Shown: positions 27,778 through 37,863, numbered from the stretch's first letter. The stretch: DNA of 47,940 nucleotides from Hadesarchaea archaeon (GCA_029259185.1 JAPDJF010000006.1:1-47940); one strand, 5' to 3'. The notes: generated from the letters alone by a model not told the origin. A program made the numbers and translations.

Positions 27778-29184
27778 CTAAGTGGGTGGATTCTCGGTTC
27801 GGTCTCCTCCGATTACCACTTCCACTAGCTCGTTCAAAAGTCTCACTACTTTCGCTCTTACAGCGTCCACGTCGTTTCTCTTTAGCTTCACAACGTTTTT
27901 CCCACGAAAGATCCTGTCTTTGATGAGTTTTCCCGCCTCATCATCCATACCAGGTCTCACCCGTATCAACACAGAATGACGATCCTTGGTTCTCCCCGTG
28001 TCCCGACTCAATCGTTCGAGAATCCCGTCTGCATCCCCATCCACAACTCCAAGCACAGGAACTCCAAATCTAGAGAGGATTTCGCTGGCTATCATGGTAG
28101 TATCGTCTCCTATCGTTATGACTAGACTGGCACGAGTTGCTGTATCCAAGACTACCTCAGCTCTTTCTATCAAGATCATTTCTGCTTTTCTTTTGACTCT
28201 TCTAAAGCGCGTCTCCTTCGGGGATGTCCTCCTCAAGGTACGGAGAGTTTTGACTACTGCTTTTCGAAGATCTATTCTCCCGATCTTCCTGACCCCCCGG
28301 GCGTACAGCTTTCCACCGATTATTTCATTTAGGATACCGTTTCGGGTCACCAGTATAACGTCGTCCGAGACGCTTTCACCGACTACGTATCCGTTCACCA
28401 GTATTTTTTCGCCGGGGCGAACACCCATCAAGGTTCGATACATCTTGTCTCCTTTTTTCTCCACCCTTCTCGTAATCACGGACGGTGACTTCACCTCCAA
28501 CCTGAGCGAGTCCGCCAACTTTTGGACGAGTGGTTGAGAATTGCCCGACCAAGGTATGATTGCACCCTTTTTCTCCCCCGTTCCCTCTATCTGGATCACC
28601 GGTATCCTCAACAGCCGAATGAGTTTGGCATTTTCTATTATTCTCATACCGAGCGAGATTCCAGCTTCTAGTGATTTTGAGTCGTTAAGGAGAATGACCA
28701 AGTCAACGTTTTTCCTACCGAATTCATCCAATACTTCACTAGGCAGCATAGGTTTTTCTGTCATTATCAAATTGTCCAGTCCCGCATCTAGGACGGCGAT
28801 TCTTCCCATCGTCCCTCCTATTCTCGCGTCAACCACAGCCCCGGTGTTTCGGAGTATTGTCAAGACTTTCTCAGCCAACCCCGTGTCGATCACCTCGGGT
28901 CCGTGAACAAGGACACCCACCACACTAGTTGGTCCGATCTCCACTTGTTGCCCCCTTAGTTTGGATAGGGGGATAGGCTTCCACTCAGAAATCAGGACGG
29001 TTCCTCCCAGGGTTCGGATTTCGTCTATCATCCGGAGGAGTTCAGGGGTTATGGAGGGGATAATCCAAGCAGATCGCTGAACGGGGATACCTCCACTCTT
29101 CCGGAGTAGCCTAACCAGACGAACTCGTGCTCCGTGTTTGTCTAGTTCCGGCTTTATGTCGTAAAAGATGATCACGGTTCTCAA
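27778..29184 (-). CDS. DUF2117-family protein with an extra N-terminal Cas2/VapD-like domain
   Basis: GVLVHGPEVIDTG, GGTMGR.AVLDA, PGEKILVNG, TIGDDTT, GVVDGDAD (DUF2117); N-terminus IIFYDI...RVRLVRLL...G..VQRSAW. Confidence 0.7.
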   Translation of the reverse strand: MRTVIIFYDIKPELDKHGARVRLVRLLRKSGGIPVQRSAWIIPSITPELLRMIDEIRTLGGTVLISEWKPIPLSKLRGQQVEIGPTSVVGVLVHGPEVIDTGLAEKVLTILRNTGAVVDARIGGTMGRIAVLDAGLDNLIMTEKPMLPSEVLDEFGRKNVDLVILLNDSKSLEAGISLGMRIIENAKLIRLLRIPVIQIEGTGEKKGAIIPWSGNSQPLVQKLADSLRLEVKSPSVITRRVEKKGDKMYRTLMGVRPGEKILVNGYVVGESVSDDVILVTRNGILNEIIGGKLYARGVRKIGRIDLRKAVVKTLRTLRRTSPKETRFRRVKRKAEMILIERAEVVLDTATRASLVITIGDDTTMIASEILSRFGVPVLGVVDGDADGILERLSRDTGRTKDRHSVLIRVRPGMDDEAGKLIKDRIFRGKNVVKLKRNDVDAVRAKVVRLLNELVEVVIGGDRTENPPT

Positions 29185-29222
29185 TCAAATTTTTATCCAA
29201 GCTCTTAAAACAAGATTAGATC

Positions 29223-29699
29223 GTGTCAGCAGATGTGAAGGTCGAGCAGCTCTCCCCCCAAGATGCATCCGAAATCGAATCGCTGTTCAGAGAAGTGTGG
29301 CCCAAAGCCAGAGAATATCCGGAGGAATGGAGAAGGAAAAGAACGTTGTCGAGGGAAAAGATTTTAAAAGAAATGGAGGAAGGAGTTTATTATTTCGGAG
29401 TTCGAAAGGAGGGACGTATAGTTGGTCTGTACAAGGCCATTATCCGGGGTGAGAGTGTTCTAGGGGAGCATCAAACGGTTCATCCAGCGTGGAGAGGGAG
29501 GGGTTTGGCGATCGCGATGTACAAACAGTTACTTGAGTTCGCTAAGGAAATGGGGTGTAAAAAAGTGGTTGTGAACATCCTGCCTGAGCAAAGGCCTAGT
29601 AGAAGATGTGTGAATGAGTTAGGTTTCCACAAGCGAGGGTCTATTTGGGAACAGGCTAAAGGGATGTGGGTTCAGACGTATGAGAAGGAGGTGAAGTAG
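29223..29699 (+). CDS. GNAT family N-acetyltransferase
   Basis: VHPAWRGRGLA acetyl-CoA-binding motif A; LGF motif B. Confidence 0.85.
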   Translation: MSADVKVEQLSPQDASEIESLFREVWPKAREYPEEWRRKRTLSREKILKEMEEGVYYFGVRKEGRIVGLYKAIIRGESVLGEHQTVHPAWRGRGLAIAMYKQLLEFAKEMGCKKVVVNILPEQRPSRRCVNELGFHKRGSIWEQAKGMWVQTYEKEVK

Positions 29700-30259
29700 T
29701 GGAGGGTAAGCAGGTTGGGCTCAGGGACCTGTTTTCAATGCAGTTCACGAGTCCGGGGTTCAGTCGAGAGCTGTTAAAAGTAGTTGGCGACCAACAGCCG
29801 GATGCGTGCTTCCAATGCATGAAGTGTAGTAGTGGGTGTGATGCACTCAAATTTCAAGGAGACTTCAGGCCTCACCAGCTGGTAGGACTGGCTAGACTTG
29901 GGTTGCGGGATAGACTCCTGAACGCCAAACTAATTTGGAGTTGCACCACGTGTTCCTATTGTAGGGAGGTCTGTCCCCAAGATGTTTCTCCGGTAGATGT
30001 CATTAAGGCTTTAAGGAGGATGGCAGTGAAGGAAGGGCAATTGCTTGAAGATCATCGAAAGATAGCCGGATACCTGTTCAAGACTGGACACCTAGTTCCA
30101 GTTAACGAGGAAGTGATGGAGCTGAGAAAGAAACTCGGTCTCTCGAGTGTTCCCCCGACTACTCACGCTCACCCCCAGTCGCTAGAGGAGGTCAAAAAGC
30201 TCTTGAGGGCTACCAAATTCGTGGAGATCATCGGAGGAGGCGGAGGAAGTGATCGATAA
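29699..30259 (+). CDS. hdrC: Heterodisulfide reductase subunit C
   Basis: CFQCMKCSSGC and IWSCTTCSYCREVCPQ; GHLVP...RKKLGL...PPT tail. Confidence 0.88.
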   Translation: MEGKQVGLRDLFSMQFTSPGFSRELLKVVGDQQPDACFQCMKCSSGCDALKFQGDFRPHQLVGLARLGLRDRLLNAKLIWSCTTCSYCREVCPQDVSPVDVIKALRRMAVKEGQLLEDHRKIAGYLFKTGHLVPVNEEVMELRKKLGLSSVPPTTHAHPQSLEEVKKLLRATKFVEIIGGGGGSDR

Positions 30260-31142
30260 GAGGTACGCATTTTACTTGGGGTGTATAACTCCCAACCGCT
30301 ATCCTGGGATAGAATCGGCCACAAGGAAAATTTTTGGTAGGCTTGGGATCGAGCTCGTCGACATTCCAGGGGCATCGTGTTGTCCAGCTCCGGGTGTGGT
30401 TGGTTCCTTCGACGCGATGACTTGGCTTGTGGTTGGTGCTAGGAATATCACACTAGCAGAAGGGCTTGGTCTCAATATCCTCACGGTATGTAATGGGTGC
30501 TTCGATACCCTTTTTGAGGTGAACAGGTTATTGAGGGAAGATTCAAAGCTCAGGGATGATGTCAATGCCGTTTTGGCCAAAGTAGACCATGAGTACCGAG
30601 GGACGGTGGAGGTTCGGCACTTCTCTGAAGTGTTGCGCGAATACGGAATCGAAAATTTGAAGAAACACATCAAAAAAAGACTCGGCTTGAGAGTAGCTGT
30701 GCATTACGGATGTCATCTCCTACGCCCCTATGAGAAGAAAAAGATAGATCATCCGATGGTCCCCACCCTCGTCGATGAACTCGTGAAAGCGGTTGGATGC
30801 GAGAGTGTGCCCTATATGACGAAGATGATGTGTTGTGGTGCTGGTGGAGGGGTGAGATCGGCCTTCCTCAAATACTCACTAGAGTTTACGAAGAGAAAGC
30901 TAGAGGAACTCAAAAAGCTGAACGTGGATTGCCTTGTTAACGTTTGTTCCTTTTGTCATTTACAGTTCGATAGAGGTCAGAAAGAAATCGAGAAACTTTT
31001 TGGAGAGCATTTTGCAATACCTGTGATTCACTATTCGCAGTTGTTAGGATTAAGCATGGGGATGTCTCCTGAGGAGGTTGGGGTGCGAGCTCATGTGATA
31101 TCCTGTGATCCGTTATTAGAGAAGTTGACGAGTGGGAGGTGA
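30249..31142 (+). CDS. hdrB: Heterodisulfide reductase subunit B (canonical CoB-CoM type)
   Basis: FYLGC..PNRYPGIE, ASCCPAPG, CNGC, HYGCH, CCGAGGGVRS, CSFCHLQFDRGQ. Confidence 0.92.
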   Translation: MIDKRYAFYLGCITPNRYPGIESATRKIFGRLGIELVDIPGASCCPAPGVVGSFDAMTWLVVGARNITLAEGLGLNILTVCNGCFDTLFEVNRLLREDSKLRDDVNAVLAKVDHEYRGTVEVRHFSEVLREYGIENLKKHIKKRLGLRVAVHYGCHLLRPYEKKKIDHPMVPTLVDELVKAVGCESVPYMTKMMCCGAGGGVRSAFLKYSLEFTKRKLEELKKLNVDCLVNVCSFCHLQFDRGQKEIEKLFGEHFAIPVIHYSQLLGLSMGMSPEEVGVRAHVISCDPLLEKLTSGR

Positions 31143-31277
31143 ACAACAGTTGCCTATACCCGCGGGGAGCTTGAAAACCGACCTGCCATGTCTTCGGGTA
31201 AGATATGTTAGGTTATTGGAACTAGGTAGAGGATATGGTCGCATGAAGAATTTGGGTAAGAGTTGGGGGAGATAGGA

Positions 31278-32471
31278 ATGCGTGATGTGGCGATAATTGG
31301 CGTGGGTCATACCAAGTTCGGGAAGTGGGAAACCAAAACGGCTGTGGAGTTATTCGCTGAGGCAGCACTCCAAGCGATGGAAGATGCGGGGGTGGAGGGG
31401 AAAGAGATTGAAGCTCTTTTTGTGGGTTCCGCTCTCCCAGACTTTGGGGAGGGACAGGCGATGATCAACGTGCACTGTACATCGGAGCTAGGTCTGGGCC
31501 AGATCCCATCGACTAGATTTGAGGGAGCATGTGCTTCATCTACGGTTGCGATAAGAGATGCACATATGTGGGTAGCATCTGGAGAGTTCGATGTGGTCCT
31601 AGTGGGAGGAACTGAGAGGGTGTTACCGATGGGGACCCCTCTGGCCACTCGAACCTTCGCGATGGCGATGCATGCGGTTTCCGAGGTTCCAGCCGGTCTG
31701 ACTTTCCCAGGGGTTTTTGCACTGGTTGCGATGCTTTATTCCAAGACCTACGGAATACCCTTGGAGAAGTTGAGGGAAAAGATGGCCCATGTATCGGTGC
31801 AAAATCACAGACACGGTGCACTCAACCCACTCGCCCAATTCTACCGGAAATATGGGGATCTAAAAGTGGAAGATGTGCTCGGTTCTAGGATGGTGTGTGA
31901 TCCTCTCACCCTGCTCGATTGTTGCCCGTTTTCAGATGGTGCAGCTGCCCTCGTGCTGTGCGCGGCCGAGAAAGCGAGAAAGTACACGGATACACCCGTG
32001 TACATTCTAGGAACCGGCCAGGGTACAGGTGGGGCGATGGGCAGGTTTGGAGAAGAACTCATCAGGCCACCTTCTAGAGTGATGTCCGCCCGGATGGCCC
32101 TCAAAAAATCAGGCTTGGAGCCAAAGGATATCCAAATCTTGGAACTTCACGATTGTTTTACTCCAGCCGAAATAATAGCGTTGGAGGGGATGGGCTTCTT
32201 CGAGTGGGGAAAGGCCGCTGATGCGGTCGAGGATGGTCAAGTAGATATTGGTGGAAAAATCCCCACCAACATGTCCGGAGGGTTGATCGGCAAGGGTCAT
32301 CCCATAGGTGCGACTGGTGCATCTCAAGTCTGTATGATCGTGGAGCAGATGAGGGGAAATGCTCCCAAGGGCAACCAAGTCGACCCGGTGCCGGAGACGG
32401 GGATGACAGACACAATGGGGGGAAGCTTCGGGACCCTTTCGCACATCGTTTTGGGTAGATCGAGGAGATGA
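31278..32471 (+). CDS. SCP2-type thiolase (acetyl-CoA C-acyltransferase)
   Basis: EGACASS, CCPFSDGAAA, ELHDCF, SGGLIGKGHPIGATG. Confidence 0.9.
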   Translation: MRDVAIIGVGHTKFGKWETKTAVELFAEAALQAMEDAGVEGKEIEALFVGSALPDFGEGQAMINVHCTSELGLGQIPSTRFEGACASSTVAIRDAHMWVASGEFDVVLVGGTERVLPMGTPLATRTFAMAMHAVSEVPAGLTFPGVFALVAMLYSKTYGIPLEKLREKMAHVSVQNHRHGALNPLAQFYRKYGDLKVEDVLGSRMVCDPLTLLDCCPFSDGAAALVLCAAEKARKYTDTPVYILGTGQGTGGAMGRFGEELIRPPSRVMSARMALKKSGLEPKDIQILELHDCFTPAEIIALEGMGFFEWGKAADAVEDGQVDIGGKIPTNMSGGLIGKGHPIGATGASQVCMIVEQMRGNAPKGNQVDPVPETGMTDTMGGSFGTLSHIVLGRSRR

Positions 32472-32472
32472 G

Positions 32473-32904
32473 GTGGAAGATTTGAAAATAGATGAAAACA
32501 CAGATCATTACATCCTCACCCTCAAGGATTATGAGCAGGGATTGAGGGCAGGAAAGATGCTCGGGTTGAGGTGTAGGAATTGCGGGGAGATCATGTGTCC
32601 TCCTATGCCAGTTTGTTGTGGGTGTGGGGGGAAAGAATTAGAAAAAACGGAAATGGGTGGGGAGGGTGAGCTAATGGCGTTTACGATAACCAGGGTCCCG
32701 CCGGAGGGAATGGATGCCCCATACATAGTTTGCTTGGTAAAGCTGAGCGAGGGACCTTGGGTGATGGGGAGATTGGATCACGATCCGGAAAAGATTACTC
32801 CAGAAATGTTGGGGAGAAAAGTTAAAGTGAGTGGAGCCTATGCATGGTCGGATAAGTTCTCAGCGGGAGAACACACGTGTCCTGTTTTCAAAGTAATCCC
32901 TTAG
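32473..32904 (+). CDS. DUF35 Zn-ribbon/OB-fold thiolase partner
   Basis: CRNCG...PP..VC..C, PYIVCLVKLSEG; directly after the thiolase. Confidence 0.88.
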   Translation: MEDLKIDENTDHYILTLKDYEQGLRAGKMLGLRCRNCGEIMCPPMPVCCGCGGKELEKTEMGGEGELMAFTITRVPPEGMDAPYIVCLVKLSEGPWVMGRLDHDPEKITPEMLGRKVKVSGAYAWSDKFSAGEHTCPVFKVIP

Positions 32905-33018
32905 GTACGTGTCGAAGCTTCTATCAAAGAATCCTCTATGGATAATGCTAGGGTTCCCGGATCTTCCGGCGCAAGGGTTAAATATGTACCATAACTGAAT
33001 AATTCGTTCAAAAAAGGG

Positions 33019-33552
33019 ATGGAAATGAATGGGATCACCGACCTGCTTAGAAACGTTAGACCCTCACCCGAGCTCGTTGAGAAGTTCAATCAGATAGTAT
33101 CTAAACTCAACCTGGAATATCCCTACCATTGTTTTCAGTGCTTTAAGTGCACTAGCGGATGCACCTCTTTTCGTCTCACGGAGATCAAACCTCACGCATT
33201 CGTTAACCTAGCTAGACTGGGGTTTGTAGAAGATCTAATGAAATCGGACCTCCTCTGGGCATGTTGTCAGTGTTTGAAGTGTAAAGAAAGATGTCCGCAG
33301 GATGTAGCGCCCGTGGATATAATTTTCCTGCTCAGGCGCATGACCGTTAGCTCTGGGGCCGAGATACCCGAGGAACTCTCGAAAATCATAATGAACGTGA
33401 CCGATACCGGGTTCATCCAAGGAATCCAGAAAGTGAAGGTGGGAGAGGAAGCTGTCGATAGGGAGCAACTCGGTCTCCCATCCTTGGAAATTCCAAATCT
33501 AGACAATTTCAGATCGGTATTGATGAAGGCATTGGAGGCACAGATAGAATGA
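33019..33552 (+). CDS. hdrC: Heterodisulfide reductase subunit C, second copy
   Basis: CFQCFKCTSGC, LWACCQCLKCKERCPQ. Confidence 0.85.
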   Translation: MEMNGITDLLRNVRPSPELVEKFNQIVSKLNLEYPYHCFQCFKCTSGCTSFRLTEIKPHAFVNLARLGFVEDLMKSDLLWACCQCLKCKERCPQDVAPVDIIFLLRRMTVSSGAEIPEELSKIIMNVTDTGFIQGIQKVKVGEEAVDREQLGLPSLEIPNLDNFRSVLMKALEAQIE

Positions 33553-34418
33553 AGATAGCGATCTTTCCTGGTTGTGTGGGTGCAACCGAGCAATATGCTT
33601 GTGAGATGTCGGTCAGACAGGTTTTACCCGAACTGGGTGTGGAGTTGGTGGATATTCCCGGATTCACGTGTTGTGGATGGCCTCTCCAAAATGTTGGAAC
33701 GGTTGGTTGGATGTATCTCGCGGTTAGAAACATGGCGCTGGCCGCGAAGGAAAATGTTGGGATGCTAACCCTGTGTAATGTGTGCAACCGCATGTTTCAT
33801 GAAGCCCTTGACACGATGAGCAAAAATGGGGAACTTAGGGAGACGATTGGTGCACTATTGAGAGAAGAAGGTCTCGAGCTGAACGGGCAGGTCAAGGTAA
33901 TTCATCCCCTTGAGCTGTTTTATGATGAGATCGGAGTGGACAGAATAAAGCAGGGAGTCAAAAAACCCCTGACAGACCTGAAGTTGGCAGCCCATACGGG
34001 GTGTCAGGCCATCAGACCTAGGAAGTTGAGGACCATAGACGATTCCGAATATCCGCAGAAGCTAATGAAATTGATTGAGGCGTTGGGAGCCAAAAGTCCT
34101 CACTATCCCGAGAGACTCGACTGTTGTGGTGCTTACCTCTTTTATACCAGACGTGATGCGTCGCTTACTCTGGCGGGAGAGAAGCTAGATGCCGTTCAAG
34201 CTAGGGGCTTCGACGGGCTCGTCACGATATGTTCTAGCGGGCACAGGATGTTCGATGGAAAACAGGACTCCGCCGCTACCACGGTAGGAAAAACCATAAG
34301 CCTTCCGGTGGTGTACTACACCCAGCTCCTAGGTTTGGCACTAGGCATAGACCCGAATAAGTTGGGCTTCCAACTCAACCGAAGTCCCGTGAAGACCTTG
34401 CTGGAAAAGATAGGATAG
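33549..34418 (+). CDS. hdrB: Heterodisulfide reductase subunit B-like, second divergent copy
   Basis: FPGC, TCCG, CNVC, HTGCQ..RP, DCCG; final motif is CSSG instead of CxxC. Confidence 0.85.
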   Translation: MKIAIFPGCVGATEQYACEMSVRQVLPELGVELVDIPGFTCCGWPLQNVGTVGWMYLAVRNMALAAKENVGMLTLCNVCNRMFHEALDTMSKNGELRETIGALLREEGLELNGQVKVIHPLELFYDEIGVDRIKQGVKKPLTDLKLAAHTGCQAIRPRKLRTIDDSEYPQKLMKLIEALGAKSPHYPERLDCCGAYLFYTRRDASLTLAGEKLDAVQARGFDGLVTICSSGHRMFDGKQDSAATTVGKTISLPVVYYTQLLGLALGIDPNKLGFQLNRSPVKTLLEKIG

Positions 34419-34462
34419 AGTTAAACCGAAGCTGTTTTAAGAGTTCCTTCTTTTAGGAAATT

Positions 34463-35923
34463 GTGAAACTTCCGGAGTTCGAGAAGCTGGATGAACTTTT
34501 CAATCCAAAGAGCGTGGCGTTAGTGGGGGCATCCCCCAACCCGTACTCAGGAGGGTATGCGTATGCGGTTCATTTGTTGGAGGATTTCAAGGGCAGAACT
34601 TTCCTCGTGAACCCGAAAGTGGATGAGATACTAGGAGTAAAAACTTATCCCAGCTTGATGGATATCCCTGAACGAGTGGATTACGTAATTTGTAGTATCT
34701 CGGCGGAGAAGGTTCTTCGGCTCTTAGATGAATGCAGTCGGAAGGGTGTTAAGCTCGTTCACCTCTTCACAGCGAGGATGGCAGAGACAGGAAGGAGCGA
34801 GGGGGCTAGACTAGAAAAGGAAATAGTGAAGAAAGCTAGGGAACTTGGAATAAGGTTACTAGGTCCGAACTGTATGGGGCTGTACAACCCAGAGGTCGGA
34901 CTCACCTATGGATACTGGTTTCCAAAGGAAGGAGGGTCGGTTGGTGCGATATTCCAAAGCGGGGGGGCATCAACAGATTTTGTTCACTATGGGACTCTTC
35001 GAGGGTTAAGGTTCAGCAAGGTCGTTAGTTACGGTAACGGGGCCGACATAGACGAGTCAGAGTTGCTGTATTACTTCGCCCATGATCGGCGGACGAGAGT
35101 GATAGCGATGTACGTTGAAGGGGTCAAAAATGGGAAGAAGTTCATCGATGCTCTCCAGTACGCAACGGAGAGGAAGCCGGTAGTGGTGTTAAAGGGAGGA
35201 AGGGGGAGCGCGGGCGCACGTTCGGTGAAGTCCCATACGGCCTCTTTGGCTGGACGGATGGAAGTGTGGAGAGCCGTCTTCAAGAAATGCAATGCGGTGG
35301 AGGTGGAAACGTTCGACGAACTCATAGATCAAGTAGTTGTTTTCAGCTTTCTCCCTCCGATTAGGGGGTACAGGGTCCTGATCGCCGGGGGTGGGGGTGG
35401 GAAGAGCGTTTTTTCAGCTGATCAGTGGGAGGAGGAAGGATTTGAGCTCCCAGATCTTTCGCCCCAGGCTAGGGAACGGCTGAAAGAAATCGCACCAGGA
35501 GTGTGGGATTGGCTCCGGAATCCCATCGATCTCTCTATCCTCCAAGACACCCCTCTCTTGCCAGAAGAACTCTTCCGGATAGTGGGGGAGAATGAGGAAT
35601 TTGATTTGTTCGTTTTCAATCTCACCGAGGACGATCCCCTCCCGCTGGACTTGTGGGAATTCTGGATGGGGGAACAAATCAAAGGGGTTCTGAGGTTCAA
35701 AAGGGAAGGTAAACCAGTGGTAGCAGTAGTTTCGAATGGAGAGGTGAGCATGCTGGAGATAAAGGAGTGGAGATGGGGGTTGATCGCCGAGATGCGAAAG
35801 CGGATGATAGATGGAGCGATACCCGTTTTCTCCTCACCGAGGAAGGCTGCTAGAGCGGTCAAGAGAGCGATCGAGTATTGGAGACGGTCTCAGGGAAATT
35901 CGGTCAACCTTTCTTGCCTTTGA
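34463..35923 (+). CDS. ADP-forming acyl-CoA synthetase alpha-subunit-like protein, second copy
   Basis: VALVGASPNP, GPNCMG, FQSGG, KSHTASLAG, NPID. Confidence 0.87.
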   Translation: MKLPEFEKLDELFNPKSVALVGASPNPYSGGYAYAVHLLEDFKGRTFLVNPKVDEILGVKTYPSLMDIPERVDYVICSISAEKVLRLLDECSRKGVKLVHLFTARMAETGRSEGARLEKEIVKKARELGIRLLGPNCMGLYNPEVGLTYGYWFPKEGGSVGAIFQSGGASTDFVHYGTLRGLRFSKVVSYGNGADIDESELLYYFAHDRRTRVIAMYVEGVKNGKKFIDALQYATERKPVVVLKGGRGSAGARSVKSHTASLAGRMEVWRAVFKKCNAVEVETFDELIDQVVVFSFLPPIRGYRVLIAGGGGGKSVFSADQWEEEGFELPDLSPQARERLKEIAPGVWDWLRNPIDLSILQDTPLLPEELFRIVGENEEFDLFVFNLTEDDPLPLDLWEFWMGEQIKGVLRFKREGKPVVAVVSNGEVSMLEIKEWRWGLIAEMRKRMIDGAIPVFSSPRKAARAVKRAIEYWRRSQGNSVNLSCL

Positions 35924-36869
35924 GGTAGTCAATCATTGCTGGAAGAACTTGGTAGAGGTCACCGACTATTCCATAATCAGCGACTTTGAATATGGGCGCC
36001 TCGGGATCTTTGTTGATAGCCACTATTATTTTTGAATCCCTCATGCCAGCGAGATGTTGTACCTGTCCAGAGATCCCGACTGCCATGTACATCTTTGGCT
36101 TGACTTTATGCCCTGAAAGTCCGACCCAGTGATCCTCGGGTAGCCACTTCAAGTCCGCGGCTATGGGTCTTGAACATCCTATCGTAGCACCGATGAGATT
36201 GGCCAACTCCTCCAGCAATTTTATGTCCTCTTTCTTTCTGAATCCTCTACCGCAAGAGGTTATGAGCTCAGCCTCTTCGATTTTGATACCCTTAACCTCT
36301 TTCTTTTTCAGTTCAATTATCTTCTTGTCCACTTTGGAGATCTCTGCTTTCACTTCTAACACTTCCCCCTGTCGAGAGTCATCCCTAGGTGGCTTCTCAA
36401 AAGTTCTCGGGGGCACCGTGGCCATCTGGGGTTTAGTTCGGGAAAACTCAGTGGCTACCACCATCGCGGAAACTGCAGGACGTTCTGCTATCAGCTGCTT
36501 TTTCTCCTTGTCTATCCTCAGGTTCGTGGCGGCAGCAGCGCATCCCGTGTTTAGCTTCGTGGCTACTCTGGGGGCGAGCTCTTTCCCACGCTTGGTCGCT
36601 CCTATCAAGAGGATTTCTGGGTTAGCTTGGTTCACCACGCTCAGCATGGCGTCCGAATAGGTTTCAGGGTAGAACTCAGCTAGGAGGGGATCATCCACCA
36701 CATAAACTACATCTGCACCGTGGGCTATGAGTTCACTAGCACTGGTTTTCACGTTCTGTCCGAGCAAGATTCCCCCCAGTTTCACGTTAAGGTCATTTGC
36801 TAACTCTCTTCCCTTACCGAGCAATTCGAGGGCGACATCAAGGTTTTCTGAAAATACCAATACCGTCAT
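35904..36869 (-). CDS. etfA: Electron transfer flavoprotein alpha subunit
   Basis: GRGF, GCSRP, VGLSGHKVKP, AVGISGQVQHLAGM, AINKDPEAPIF. Confidence 0.95.
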   Translation of the reverse strand: MTVLVFSENLDVALELLGKGRELANDLNVKLGGILLGQNVKTSASELIAHGADVVYVVDDPLLAEFYPETYSDAMLSVVNQANPEILLIGATKRGKELAPRVATKLNTGCAAAATNLRIDKEKKQLIAERPAVSAMVVATEFSRTKPQMATVPPRTFEKPPRDDSRQGEVLEVKAEISKVDKKIIELKKKEVKGIKIEEAELITSCGRGFRKKEDIKLLEELANLIGATIGCSRPIAADLKWLPEDHWVGLSGHKVKPKMYMAVGISGQVQHLAGMRDSKIIVAINKDPEAPIFKVADYGIVGDLYQVLPAMIDYLKGKKG

Positions 36870-36873
36870 ATCC

Positions 36874-37665
36874 TCACACCTTTATTATCCCTTCTTTACT
36901 TAGGGCTTTCATCAATTCTTCGACAACCTGCGGGATTTCTCCCTCGAATACCACATTCTTCCTCCCCATCACCGGGGCCTCTGCTTTCATCACTTGGATA
37001 GCCGAACCGGTGGATCCCACCTCTTCTTTTCCTAACCCCAAGTCCGATGCACCCCATGTCTCTATCTTTTTCTTAGAGGCAGCCATTATCTTAGGAAGGG
37101 TGGCGAATCTAGGTTCATTTATTTCCTTCGTAACGGTGATCAGTACAGGGAGTTTCGATTCAACCACTTCGTACCCCTCTTCCAGATCCCTCTCCACAAC
37201 CATCTTGCCATCTTCTACTGAAACGATATTCCGAACATAAGTGAGCTGAGGAAGATTCAGAAGAGTAGCTAGGCGGGGTCCTACCATGCCCGAGTATCCA
37301 TCCATGCTTGCCTCTGCCGTAAGAACGATGTCGATATTTCCGATCTTCCTTATGGCCGCTGCTAACACCTTCGCGGTGGCTAGGGTATCCGAGTTTTCGA
37401 AAGCGGGATCACTTAACAAGTAAGCGTTGTCTATCCCCATGGCGAGAGCCTCCCTGAGTGCCCTCATAGCATCCGAGGGCCCCATGGTGATCACTATGGT
37501 TTCGGCCTTGTATTTCTCTTTCATTTTCACAGCTTCTTCTATCGCGTTTTTATCGAAATCACTTATTTTCCGAGAAACACCCTCAGTAACGAGCGTGCGG
37601 GTATTCGGATCAACTTTCAGTTCAGCTGGATCAAACACCTGTTTAATGCACACCAATACGCGCAT
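36874..37665 (-). CDS. etfB: Electron transfer flavoprotein beta subunit
   Basis: MRVLVCIKQV, DKNAIEEA, ALAMG, SDTLATA, NEPR; start ATG 37665 after a GGAG RBS. Confidence 0.95.
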   Translation of the reverse strand: MRVLVCIKQVFDPAELKVDPNTRTLVTEGVSRKISDFDKNAIEEAVKMKEKYKAETIVITMGPSDAMRALREALAMGIDNAYLLSDPAFENSDTLATAKVLAAAIRKIGNIDIVLTAEASMDGYSGMVGPRLATLLNLPQLTYVRNIVSVEDGKMVVERDLEEGYEVVESKLPVLITVTKEINEPRFATLPKIMAASKKKIETWGASDLGLGKEEVGSTGSAIQVMKAEAPVMGRKNVVFEGEIPQVVEELMKALSKEGIIKV

Positions 37666-37863
37666 TTTTTCTCCTTTCTCTTTCTGTATAAAAAATTTTC
37701 GATGAAAGAGAGGAACAAATTTTCTCAGCACTGGATGGTAGTCAGAAGAAAACAGCTAGGGCATCTCACTCAACAACAGGGTTCACGCGGAGTTTGGTTC
37801 CAGAGGACGTTGAACTCGGCGATAGACCTTTAGATTTTTGTAGATGCACGAGGATGGGTTTTG

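Noticed and set aside
27778-29184. CRISPR-Cas locus suggested by the Cas2-like motif
   Set aside because: No repeat-spacer array, cas1 or other cas gene seen anywhere in the window.
35904-35923. 20-nt convergent overlap of the ACD-like gene and etfA
   Set aside because: Short tail-to-tail overlaps are common in compact archaeal genomes.
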